64,000 nucleotides of DNA from Amoebidium appalachense (Eukaryota; Protista; Ichthyosporea). Within the stretch, counting starts at the first letter, position 1. Each line of letters opens with the position of its first letter. Where the stretch lies: the NCBI GenBank assembly GCA_963693365.1, contig CAVNZM010000010.1, forward strand, positions 4,338,159 through 4,402,158, written 5' to 3'. Positions 45,755 to 58,616 of this stretch are shown piece after piece. A program made the position numbers and the translations under genes. Under the pieces are notes generated by a model. That model was not told the DNA's origin. It made no database searches and was given only the letters and a program-made list of their open reading frames with translations.

Positions 45755-46052
45755 TGATGATTTCTTATCCACTCTTCTTCGGGATCCGACCAGTCCCCCA
45801 TGTTCTAGAACCATATCTATCTTTCTGGTCACCAGACGGTGGCACATGAGGGTCCCGATTGACGATGTCCGAATTCCGAGTGGCTTTGAAAGTTTTGTCG
45901 ATCCGGACCGTCCGGATGCCCTTGCCACATGTACACTCTTTAGAACTACGTAACGAATGTAGTAACTGTTGTGCAGCTGCCCTCCTCCCCCCCCCTCCCC
46001 CCCCCTCCCCCCCCCCCCTCCTCCTGTTTTACACCCCCCCCCCCTCTCTCTC

Positions 46053-46088
<36 letters not shown>

Positions 46089-46308
46089 ATGGACACGCAG
46101 TGTGGCACACACGCACACGTACACATGCACACGAACTGCATCCAATGTGCACAGCTACTATACACCCACCACTATGATCAACCCTGATAAAACGTTTAGA
46201 AGCTTGTAACCCGGCATGCCTCGCAGCCTATGATTCTTGCACCTGCGGCATCGTCTCAACCCACTTCCTTCCTCCCTCCCCTCCCTTCCTCCGCTTCCCT
46301 CCCTCACC

Positions 46309-46348
<40 letters not shown>

Positions 46349-46985
46349 CCCCTCTCCCTCCCACCTTGGTATGATAAACAATGACCCCTTTATCGGTATA
46401 AAACTTGCAAGCTCTGTGTTTGTCCCCCCCTTCCCCTCCCCCCCCCCCCCCCCCCCCCCCTTAAACACACACACACACCACATGTGTACACACACACACA
46501 CACGCACACACTTCACATGTACACCCCCCCCCCCCCCCCCCAAAAAAAAAAAAAAAAAAAAAAAAAACTACAAGCAGCACCCTCTTATAAGCGTGAAAGC
46601 GGCCGTGCTTACAACTCCTTAGGGCCTTTATGCTACTTTTGGGATCTTGTGTGGTGGGGTGGCCCGAACATCTGTGGAGTTTTATGATTGGTGGTTGTGC
46701 ATTTTGTGAGCCACAGTGTCATTGCGCATGTGGTCACAGTGGTTATCTTGCTTGCAAAGTTCACTCTGCTGTTACGTAATATAATGATCCAGGTGATAAT
46801 ACTGGAACTACTCTTTCCGGTGGCACAGACACATGCGTACAGTCACGGTTATTCAATGATTCACACACAGAGGAAGGTACTCACGGCATGTATTCAACTT
46901 AAATTAATAGACACACCGTGTTCGCCCGCACACACATACCACAATCACACACGCAATCTCTCTCTCTCTCTCTTTCATTCATTCT

Positions 46986-47066
<81 letters not shown>

Positions 47067-47288
47067 CCCCCCCCCCCCCCCCCCCCCCCCCACCCCCTCC
47101 CCGCCCACCTGCGCGCACGCAGACCGAAACGCAATCATTATGATTGGACACACAGACAGATATATACACATGATGGCTACCTAAACACCGTGACATATAA
47201 CACACACACATCATATGGGTGCAGTCTTGTTCAACCACGCACAAATGCTCACACACACGACTGTCGGTCTCGTCCTAGCTTACACATC

Positions 47289-47377
<89 letters not shown>

Positions 47378-48002
47378 CCGTTAACACATAAGCACACACG
47401 CACACGCATGTGGCACACACACACACATTCGCACGCGCACACACACAAACGCACAAAAAAAAACGTGCACGCACACGTACACACACACATGTGCAGACAT
47501 GCACACATGCACACAAAGAGACACACACACACACACACACGCAGGCACGCACGCACAAATGCACATAAATGCACATGGACAAACAGACATAGGCACACAA
47601 TCACATGCGTACACATGCACACACACAACATGCTAATTTTGACACCGTACATTTAACCACAAACCGCACCGCAGATTCACTTCACTAAACAGTTTGTTGC
47701 GCACAAAGGCATTACTGTATGTGTGTATTCACACGTTGCTGATGCAAAAGTTCATGGGGTTTACGCTGTCTACTCGAGGCAAAGAGAGACCAGTCTCAGG
47801 TATGGGGGGTTTTTGCTCGGAATATCCCCTCAGCGGTATATCATGATCACGTACATAGACGTCGGGTGATGATTATATATCAGGGTTTACTTTCTCTACG
47901 AGACACCATAAAGACTAAGAGAAATCAATTAGTTGGGGTTCGCCGTTTTTTTTTTTTTTTTTTTTTTTTTCGGGCTCTCCTGGGACACTCGGTATCAGCT
48001 GG

Positions 48003-48058
<56 letters not shown>

Positions 48059-48275
48059 GTGTGCGCGCTAGAATTTTGTAATGATGTGTTTCTCAAGCCA
48101 ATCACTGATATGATACATCTAATAAACAGGCCCGTAGTTACGCGTGTTTAGTATAAAATCAAGGATGTTGTAATTTTCAGGTTGGCTATCTTTCTGGGTG
48201 TCTGTTGTGAATGTGACGTGTGTGTGTTGCGGTATTATGTGGTTTATCAAACTACATTTGGCGATACATGACCGT

Positions 48276-48533
48276 TTAAACTGGTGTGTGTGTGTGTTGT
48301 TTGGGCATGCAAACGAGTAGACAGCGTAAACCCCATGAACTTTTGCATGTGTCGACCAATGTAGAGTTGAATTTGTTGTGGTTTTTAAACTGTGTTTCGC
48401 AAATCACTGTAAACGTGTGGTTGTTTATCTGTTGTTGTATGTAGCTGATTTTATCGTCGAGTGTCCCGGGAGGGAGGCCCTTTTGGGGGCCCAGTGTCCG
48501 AGCATTCCAGAAGAAGAAGGATAAATCAGGCAT
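48276..48533 (-). pseudogene. LINE ORF2 N-terminus (AP-endonuclease fragment)
   Basis: ATG at 48533: MPDLSFFFWNARTL...KISYI...FTVICETQ, matching APE motifs I and II, then frameshifted and truncated. Confidence 0.75.
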
Positions 48534-49502
48534 CGGTTTGGTCCGACGCCTGTGAGATTGGTTCCCACTTGTCACTTACGGGGTCGTATGCACGACCTTC
48601 CGCCAGCACGAGCAGTTCGCAGAAGAGCTCGATTTCCATCTCGCATCGGCGTTTGCGCTCGAGTAGTTTCTCACCAGAAAACATCGGTTCCTTCGTGTCC
48701 GTGTCTATCACGCTCGTAGCAGCGGTTTCCAACTTTGCGAGGAACTCTTTTGCCTTGCTGATGCGTACACGACAGTGTGTGGCGCACGCCAAGTTCTTAG
48801 CAGACACTTTACGTTCTTTGTCTGCTTTCTGAATGTTTTCCGGCGCGCATGGGTCGTAGCTTGGAAGGTGGGTGAAGAAGCTTCCACATCCCTTTGTCGC
48901 GTCACGGATGAAGGCACGGTTATAGTCGCCCCGTACTGCTACTTCCAGCACGTCGTATCCAATGAAGGACAGACAAAGAATGCGAGAGCACCGGAAGCCG
49001 AGAGCTTTGAAGATGGACCACATGGCCCTATGTGGGCGTCTGCCGTGCTTGACTTTGAAATACACCCTCTCGTATTTGGGTGTGATGTTGATGTTGCCGT
49101 TTGCTTGGGTGTTCCCCTTGGCCGGCGGTTTGGGAGGGGAGTTGTGGCGGTACTCGTTGCCTGCAAGAATGCTGGCATTTGTTTCCTTGGCAATTTGGCG
49201 GAGCTCGGGTGTTTTACGAGAATTCGCATATTCTAGGAACTCTGCCGGGAGCTGTGCTTCCGGTCCTGTGTTGTTTTGTGTTGGGGTGAAAATGTCTCCA
49301 TCTCGAGATGTTTGCTCATGAGTTTTGGGTTTTGCGATCCACTACTGTTTAGCTGGGCTGTGAGTGAATCAATGGTGAGCTTGAGTTGGGCATTTTCTGT
49401 TTGGAGTTTCTCTATCATGTTCTTGAGTGGTAACAGCTCATCTAGCTGTTTCTTAACGAGGGCAAGTTCTGCCAGTACTGTGTCAACTGAAGGTTTCGGC
49501 AT
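48526..49502 (-). pseudogene. LINE ORF1 (~325 aa; one frameshift in an A run near 49320)
   Basis: MPKPSVDTVLAELALVKKQLDELL...LQTENAQLKLTIDSL heptads. After a 1-nt shift the frame is open through EFLEYANSRK...YERVYFKVKHGRRP...IFKALGFRCSRILCLSFIGYDVLEV...YDPCAP to TGA at 48526. Confidence 0.75.
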
Positions 49503-50462
49503 GGTTGTTATTTTGTTTCTACGGAGTGGTGTGGTGTTATTTTGAATGGGTAGTGTATTGTGAATAGGTGTTGCGCTTAGTCTAAGGCGATGAAAAGTTC
49601 ATCACACACAGAACACACACACACTGTCACTGTGACAATGCGCGCGCGTATGCACACACGCAAACACGCACGCATGTATGCACACACGCACACACAAGCA
49701 CGCACACACGCACACACAAGCACGCACACACACAGTCAGGCACGCACACAGACACACGCATACGCACACACGTGCACACACACACAAAGCCCACGCACAA
49801 CACGCGAGCACGCACACACACGCACACGCACACTCTGACACACACACACCATGTGTACACATTTGTACACACGAACACACACACAGATTCATAAGTCCTA
49901 ATATATACAAGTAGATACCCATGGAGCTTACCCATGAGGTACACATCTAGACAGACATACTTTTATTGTTTATTCACGTATGCGTACAAGCATTGTACGC
50001 ATATGATAAATAACCATTGTCGGCTAGTTTTTCACGCAACACATGTACATCAGAACCAAAATGCCGTACGTTTGACACGCATGGCAAACACGGGCGCACG
50101 GATTTACCCACTTATACACGTGCAAAAAGCATGTGCAACCCGTGCACACGTGTACGCACACATTTGCACCGCGCAAGGACGCACGCACGCAGGCACGCAC
50201 GCACTCACGCACGCACGCACGCACGCACGCACAAACGCACCAGCCACACATGCACACGCGCACGCACAAACAACAAGCACGCACAGACGTTTACGCACAC
50301 CCGCATGCACACCACACGCACACGTACACATACACACGTTCGCGCACATACATACACGCACGCACACAAGCACGCACACACGCACGCACACGCACACATA
50401 CGCGGTACACACAAAACACGCGCACACACAGACACAAGCACAAACACACACGCATTAAAAAA

Positions 50463-50579
<117 letters not shown>

Positions 50580-52667
50580 GTTGACACACACGCACGCACA
50601 CACACACACACACACACGCACGCACACACACACACACACGCACGCACGCACACACACACACGCGCGCGCGCGCGCACACACACACACAAACACAAACACA
50701 CACTATGAGGCGCACAAGCATATAACGTGCACACAATGAAAACCTAGACCTAATTAGGAGTCTCTAAAGTCCAAACAACTGTCGTGAACATACATAAAAT
50801 AAGATGCTTTCGTGTTTCATTTCCATTGCATTTAAACTCGCCACTTAACGGTGTATTGGCCTGGCCCGTTGTTAGGTCATTGGTTTTGGAAACCGTAAAC
50901 TTTTGCGATCATGGCTTCAACATTGGCTTTAACTCGAAGGATCTTTTTTTTTTTTGCGTTTGTTTGTTTGTTGACAAATTGTTGTCGGTACTGTCAGTTC
51001 CTATTGGTTCTCTCAGATGCAATCAAAAATTTGGATGTACGGACCAATCAGCTTGAAATCGGATCGGCTTCGAGTTGCCGTTTCGCCATTTGACGCCCGC
51101 GCACCAGGTCCACTGAGCCACCGTATGCGCTAGAAAGAGTTGGACGTTAGCATGCTCATGTTTGTGGAGCGGAAAATACATTACACTCCCATGAATTGAG
51201 GAGAGTTAGAAAATAAAAATCATTTACCACTAATCATAGATTGTGTGATGTCTTTATGAATGTTTGTTTTATTTAATGAAGATAGTTTTAACGGTCCCAA
51301 CCACTCCACCCGAATTCTTTCGTATCCAAATCGGATGGTTTCCTTCACTTCAGCATACATCGTTGGCATGAATTGATGGCCCGCCATTTTGGCTTTTAGG
51401 CCAATCACTTTGCGCGAAAAGACACATTGGTATTGCTTGATTGGTCGTTGCTTTGGCTGTGTTTGAAATTCCTTTGAGTTCACGAGCGCGAAAGCCAGCA
51501 GGACGTCAAAGATAAGCCAATCACATCTATCATATTGCTGAGCCTCGTACCCGTTTGATTGGTTTAGTGTCAGTCATATGCTGATGCTTTTTGAAGCCAT
51601 CTGAGATCTTGAAACCGCAACAGGGTGTGACATTAGTGACTAAACTGTGGGGCACTTTCGGACGTTTACCCAGCATAAGTGACGCTGAATAGAGGCACCA
51701 ACCGTTCTGAGGCGGAAACTTTTGCATTTTGTTTTCTAGTAGGGGCACTGGTGCAATATTTGGTGGCCATACCCTCAAAAGTCTAGGGGCATTTGAATGT
51801 TGCGTATTCACTAACATACTGTATTCATACCCTACGCTTCTACCTTGCTAAACCCTGCGTAAACAGCGTGAGCACTGAGGATATCCCTGTCTTAGCTCTT
51901 ATTTTCAAAGGTGACAGAGATCAACCATAGTTTATTACGATATAATGGTGGTCAATGTTAGAGGGCACAGTCAGGACGGGCCAGCCTGGACGTACCAGCT
52001 TGCCTATATGATCGTACGGCGATCAGAACGGCGTTCCATGATAAGAACATAGCATCCCTTCCGAGTCGCTGCCTATCACCACACGTGTGCTGTAAGTGAT
52101 GTATGCATACCAAAACGTTCCGCCAGCTCCAAATCTCTCTACTACTAACTATCATTCATGAAAAGCACTTTATGTTGCCCTCCGAGTCGCATACAGTAGT
52201 ACTAAGCCTATGAGCCTGTATATTGCCATACCCCTCTCGTTAAACTCTACACCTTTCTGGTTTGATAGATCTGTGAAAGAAACACAATCCCCCCCCCCTT
52301 TTATAAGGTCCTCTGCCCGCGGAATCGGATGATTCCATGGCCAGGCCCCCCGCCGGCACCCCTAACCTGCCTACTCTCCCCCCCCTCACCCCCCCCCCTC
52401 CTCGGTACTCTCCCTGTCTGCCCCCTCTCCCCCCCCCCCCCTTCCCCCCTCGCTAGATCCCCCTTCCCTCCCCCCCCCTCCCCCCCGCTCCCCGCGCCGC
52501 GCGGCCCTGCTACTAGGCTAATCCATGTGCACCCCACCCTGGGCTGCTTCATGTCCTCCTCCCTCGTCCATACTGGGTATCGTTAGTATATATAAAGGGA
52601 TCGATAGGGGTTCGGAGATCAACAAATACTACTAGTATTTAATTACTACCACTCCTCTCTGTCCCTC

Positions 52668-52668
52668 C

Positions 52669-52761
<93 letters not shown>

Positions 52762-52819
52762 TCTCTCTCCCTCTCTCTCTCCCTCCCTCTCGCTCTCCCC
52801 CCCCCCTTCCTACCCTCTC

Positions 52820-52886
<67 letters not shown>

Positions 52887-52893
52887 CTCTCTC

Positions 52894-52925
<32 letters not shown>

Positions 52926-52966
52926 CCTCTCCCCCTCTCTCCCTCTGTCTCTGTCTCCCTCTCTCC
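52668..52966. repeat. (CT)n microsatellite tract
   Basis: Read directly from the sequence. Confidence 0.95.
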
Positions 52967-53424
52967 TTTGGCCCCGGACGGTTTTCACGGTGCTACTTCT
53001 CCCATAGATCATAATCCGGTCCCCTTCTCTCGGTCCCACTTTAACGTGACACACAAAACCATTGCTTTGCTTGAGTTGTCTATGCGCACCTGTATCACAG
53101 GTACATACTGCACGTCATACCCCCTTCCCCCCCCCCCCCCCCCCCCCCACGGGCATGCACGTCTGTGCAGCATGATCTATCACTCGCAACATATGCTTAT
53201 GCTGTACTGTTGTAGTATATAATGTAACTACATAACTTAGTAATTATTTAATCACTGGGCCACGTATACAAACACTTTTTTTTAAATAAAAAAACGTTTT
53301 TCTTAAAAAAAAAAAAAAAAAGGATTGATGAAGGGGGGGGGGGGGGGGGGGGGGGGTTGCAGCTGCTAGTGAAAGACTGATCTCGAGATTGTGTGTGTGT
53401 GTGTGTGCTTTGGGGGGGAGAGGG

Positions 53425-53461
<37 letters not shown>

Positions 53462-53741
53462 CTGGCTCGCTGTCGTGTAATCTGCACAGACCTTGATGGA
53501 AAACCTTGTCACTTTTATACCAGCAACCGAAAACTGTTGTATGCATGGTTTGAAAACATGAACATCACCTGTATAAACACATCCTTGAACCGTTCTGGGC
53601 AATTATATGTGGTGAAACTAACACGGTGATTAAATGTGGTTCCATTATTGAACGTGTGACGTACTCAGGCCGGCCAAGCTACCTATGACAGGGAGAGCTG
53701 TTGTGTGTTTCTAAATGTGTGTGTGTGCGCGCGCGTGCCTG

Positions 53742-53878
<137 letters not shown>

Positions 53879-54805
53879 GTGTGTGTATACGTCTACCATT
53901 ACGGTGAGCGTCCGCGCGCGCGTGTTTGTGTGCTAGATTACCTGTTATGAAAGATCAGAAAGCCCTTCATCTGCCCCCCAAATTCTTTATCAACCTGTCT
54001 CAATGCAGCCTATAAAAAATTCAGTGCTTCCGTTTACAAGTATAGTCAAATAAAAAAAAAAATAAAAAAAATGTACTGAACGCTGCATGCATGCAGAAAA
54101 GAGTCTGCAACATCCGATGGTAAAGATTGTCCCCACGGGGGTTTTGCCACATCCCCAAGCACGTGTGGATATCCTGTTGCTCTCTCTATTTCTTCTGCAA
54201 ATCAGACAGAGATACGAAAAAAAAAAAAAAAAAAAAAAAAAAACGCGGCTAAATTAAAAACGCAATGAGGAAAGCCGGCTGAAGACAGCACACGGGAAGC
54301 CACACCGGCAGGCGGAGTGAAGGGCTGGAGGACTGGCAGGAGGGTAGCAAGGTGGGCTGAAAGAAGCATGCGAGGGAGAGAGGGAGGGAGGGACGGAGGG
54401 ACGAGGGGGGGGAGAGGAAGAGAGGGAGAATGGGTGGATGGTTGGGTTGGAAGGGTTTTAGATGGGTGGGAAAGTAAAGAGGGTCGGAGGATTGGCAGGA
54501 GGGTGGGAGGGAGGATAGAAGGGTGGGGGACGGGGGTAGGGGGGGGGGGGGGGGGGGGGGGGGAGGAGGATTAGTTCAATGAAATAGCAAAGGGGGTGAT
54601 TGCACCGACTGGACACAATCATGTGGCATCACATTGATTCGTGCACAAGAGAAGATGGAGGGGGGGGGGGGGGGGGGAGGGGGGGAGGAGGGGAGGGTGG
54701 GGGGAAGAGATGGGGGGCGCACAGGATAGATCAGATAAGGGATGGGAAACGGTGTAACAAATCAACGAGGGTAGGTATTCACCTACATGACGGAAAAAAG
54801 TCTGT

Positions 54806-54836
<31 letters not shown>

Positions 54837-56360
54837 GGGGGGGTGCATGTGGTGCATGCACACGCACATTGCGAGTGTCTAACGACATTCATGTCAATAC
54901 GATTGTGAAAAAATGCAAGTGCAAAGAGATCCATGAAGCGAAGACGTCAACTCCTATGGGATTTACAGCGAGTGTGTGCATGTGTGCGTCTCGGCATGCA
55001 TGGGTGTGTTTGTCAATATCTCGTGTCCTTGGATCTAAAAGCCATACCTACACGTTGATGTTCATACTCTTGAGATATGTGGCTGTGTGTGATTGCATGC
55101 GTATCTGAGTGTGGCGTTTAGGTACCAGGGGGGCAGGGAGGAGGGGGGGGGGGGGGGGGGGAAGGGAATAGGGCCCCAGTGGTATGTAGGTGGGGACCAG
55201 GAAAGTGGAGGGTGGGTGGCTGGGTGGCGGCTGGGTGGTAGGGATGGGGGGACCCGGGGGGAGGGGGGAGGGGGGGGGGGGGGGGTGGTAGAGGGTGGGG
55301 GGGGGGGGGGAGGGAGGGGAGGGGGGTTTACCTGTGTTTCACACATGCACAGCCTTTACTCCGGGTCCGTATATTCGGTGTAACTCATTCTGGCTCGCTT
55401 CCTAAGTGGTCGGAGAAGTCTAGGTGCCGAGGAGAGTGGCTGTGTTGGGAACGGTGTGCATGTTAATATACACATGAGGTAGAAGGGGGTGGGCGGGGAG
55501 GGAAGGGGGGGTGGAGGGGGAAAGATGGAGAGAGAATTTGTTAGCGAATGAGCTAACGATGTTTAACTGGTGTGAAAGTAGACCAAATGATTCGGGACAT
55601 AACAGAGCCAAAGTGAGTGTGAGAGGCTTTGGGGAGGGGGGGAGGAGGGGGGGAGGGGGGGGGGAGGTGTGTGTAGGGGAAAATTGGTGGGAGGGGGGGA
55701 GGGGAGGGGGGGGGGGGGGTGAAGAGCGGAGAACAAGGGTACAAGCAAGGAGTAGGTGGACTGGCAGGGAACGAGAGGGGAGAGGGGGAGGAGGGGGGAT
55801 GAGGATCAGTCGCACCCCTTCCCCTTCCTCCTCTCCTTAACCCCCCCACCCCCCCTCCTCCCCAAAGCACCCTCAAACTCCTCTGCAAGGAGCATATTGC
55901 CTTTAATCGGATGTACCTAAAACCGCAAGCCTGTTGTGGGGAAAAGGAGGAGAAGAGGAGGGGAGAAGGGGGGGGGGGGGGGGGAGGGCGGAGGGGGGAC
56001 GTAGGAAAGAAGAAGGGCGACAAATGAAAAAATGTATAGGAATGGAAACTACAAACACTTTCGATATTCCTTTTTTTGGTTTCCTTGTCTATTATGGGAG
56101 TGGGGGGTCAGGCTTCGCCAGAGGGTGTGTGTGTGTGTGTGGAGGGGGGGGGGGGGGGGGGGGGGAGGGAGGGGGGGAGGGAGGAGGGGTGGGGAGGGGG
56201 GGGGGGGGGGGGGGGAGGGACCTGATGGGTAGTCGTGGCGATAGGGGTGTGGAAGGACTTAGAGAAAGGATTTACACAAAAAGTGGTGGTAGTGTGTGTG
56301 GGGGGGGGGGGGAGGGGCAGGGGGGAGGGGGTGGAGGGGACGGGAGGGGTTCCAGCTCGA

Positions 56361-56405
<45 letters not shown>

Positions 56406-56450
56406 CGCACGCGTGCATGCGTGCGTGCACACGTGCTGGGTATGTGTGTG

Positions 56451-56517
<67 letters not shown>

Positions 56518-56531
56518 ACGTGAGCGTGTGC

Positions 56532-56573
<42 letters not shown>

Positions 56574-57070
56574 GTGTGTGTGTTAGTGTGTGTGTGTGTG
56601 TTTGTGTGTGTGCGTGTGTGTGTGCATGCGTGTGTGTGTGTATGTGTATGTGAGTGTGTGTGTGTGTGTGTGTGTGTGCGTATGTGTGTGTGTGTGTGTG
56701 TGTACGCGCGCATGTGTGTGTGTGTGCATGTGTGGTGTGCGCGTGCGGATGCGTGCATGAGTGTGTGCATTCGTGGTTTGTGAGTTATTGTGTGTGTGCA
56801 TGCACGCCTGTATATGTGTGTGTGTGGGCACACACGGGCTTACACACGACGGGTATATGTGCATGTGTGGAAACGTGTGTGTATGCATGCCCGTTTCACT
56901 GGGCACCTGTACACATGATTTCGGAACGAGAGGGTTGAGGTGCCCCAGAGGTGGAAAGTGATTTCCTGCATGTGTGTGACTGCTTGTGTACTGCTAGGGG
57001 GAGAGGGTGAGGGGGGGGGGGATGGTGTAGGGGGGGGGGGGGGGGTCAACGAGGAGGGGGGGATACCAAC

Positions 57071-58616
57071 CCAAGCCTGCATGCCGACCATCCATGCACA
57101 AGACCAGACCTTCTTTCCTCAGCCAGAATTTCATTCCCGTGTTTTGCGTACTTCCAGTGCTTCACAATGGTAGCACGGGAGGTGGTCGCAGGCGCCTACA
57201 TGTTTTGAATTAGTAAAAAAAATCAAACGGAATCTAGGACGGAAGCAGAGTAAGAGGAAGGTGGGGAGTGAAGAACAGAGATTGAAAAGAAAGGGGTTGG
57301 ATGACGGGACGAAGATAACAAGCGTAAGACATAACACCACGTACTCAATGTTTGTCCCCCCCCCCCCCCCCCCCCCCCCTCCCCCCTCTCCCCCCTCCCC
57401 CCCCCCCCCCACCCCCCTCCCCACGCACATTGACCCCAGAGCACCGTCAACTCAAGGGAAGTTCTAGATGATCTCCCGCCTTTGTTCAATGCAAGAACGG
57501 ATGCTTTTGTGGAACTTTTTTTTTTTTTTGGGGGGGGGGGGGGAGGGGGAGGGGGAGGAAGGGGGGTGGGGGGGGGGGGGGGAGGGGGAGGAAGGGGAGG
57601 GGGGGAGGGGGAGGGGGAGGAAGAGGGGGTTGAGCGGCTAGAATCAGATCCCGGGTACATGTTTTCACAAGTTCCATGGTGTGTGTGTGTGTGCGCGCCG
57701 CACGTCCATGCCTCAATGTGTGCCAGTGTATGTGCGTGTGCGTGTGTGTGTGTCCATGTGTCAGCGCATGCATGCGGATGTCCGCGCGTGTGCACGGCAG
57801 CACCTTGTGTTTGTATGTGTTTATGTGTTGGGTTACTAGATCAAGGCAGGCCTTAGAGCACGAATCTAGAATCTATAGAGAATGAATGTGTATATCGCAA
57901 GGGGGCGCCGGGCAACGAGAATTCGAGGGAAATCCGGATCTGTCCTTGTTCTTATTTATGCACGCTCCTTCCCTTCGTTTTCGTCCCGGGGTTTTCTAGG
58001 CACGAGAAGAGATGGGAGAGTAAGCTGAAGGCAACCCAGGGGGAGGGGGAGGGGGAGGGGGAAAGGGGCTGTAGCGGGGCCGGGGGGGGAGGGGGGTGAG
58101 GGGAGGGAGAAGGGGGGGGGGGGGGGGGGGGAGCAGAAGCACATGATAAATATTGCGACAAAGTAGAAAAACATGTGGACAGTACGTGGCCATATTGGAC
58201 ACACAGGGATAGTTTAGGAAGGGGATGAGGGGAGAACGGGGGAGACAAAAGGAACGGGATGAGAGAGTGAGCTCGAGCCCGGAGAGCAGGGAAGTGGGGG
58301 GATGGGGGGATTGGGGGGGGGGAAGGGGGGAAGAGGGGGGAGGAGGAGGAGGAAGGAGTGGTGGGGGAAGGGGGGGGGGGGGGGGGGGTATGTTTCACCT
58401 TTTCCATGAAAAAAGACAGAACTTCGTCGCCCTTTTCCACCAAAGTTTTTTCTAGCACTGTGAGGTAGTTCAGCGGTCTTTCAGAGCCAAAACGTCGTGC
58501 ACGCTCCGAAGTTGCAAATCCAGTAACTCCTTGACTTTTGAGGTGTCGATTGGCAACATGGCGTCTTCCTCCGAAGAGGAAAAGGAGTCATCGGTTGAAT
58601 CCATTGTTTGTCTTGT
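57071..58616 (-). pseudogene. Diverged paralog of the first two exons of the 21951-37344 gene
   Basis: Exon 58616-58399 (ATG 58604) reads IDTSKVKELLDLQL(S)ERARRFGSERPLNYLTVLEKTLVEKGDEVLSFFMEK, versus IDTSVVQELLQTQLSDRAQRFEAERPKDYRQ(A)VEETLPQDAERLFQLYVDQ, with the same phase-0 intron. Exon 57195-57071 reads APATTSRATIVKHWKYAK..FWLRKEGLVL, versus GPTALPRQTIERHLEYAQ..SWLIAEGSAL. Both exons carry frameshifts. A likely 5'UTR donor is at 58873. Confidence 0.75.

Larger units (their letters stand above)
47946..49590 (-). mobile_element. Non-LTR retrotransposon (APE-type LINE) fragment: full ORF1 and start of ORF2, no RT
   Basis: Coiled-coil ORF1 followed by an ORF2 beginning with APE endonuclease motifs FFFWNARTL and VICETQ. 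Coding decays by ~48100, followed by (CA)n and an A25 tract (T run on + at 47946-47970). Confidence 0.8.

Noticed and set aside
50820-50940. Chromodomain-like QYTVKW on the minus strand
   Set aside because: Interrupted by stops; single short match with no adjacent integrase.
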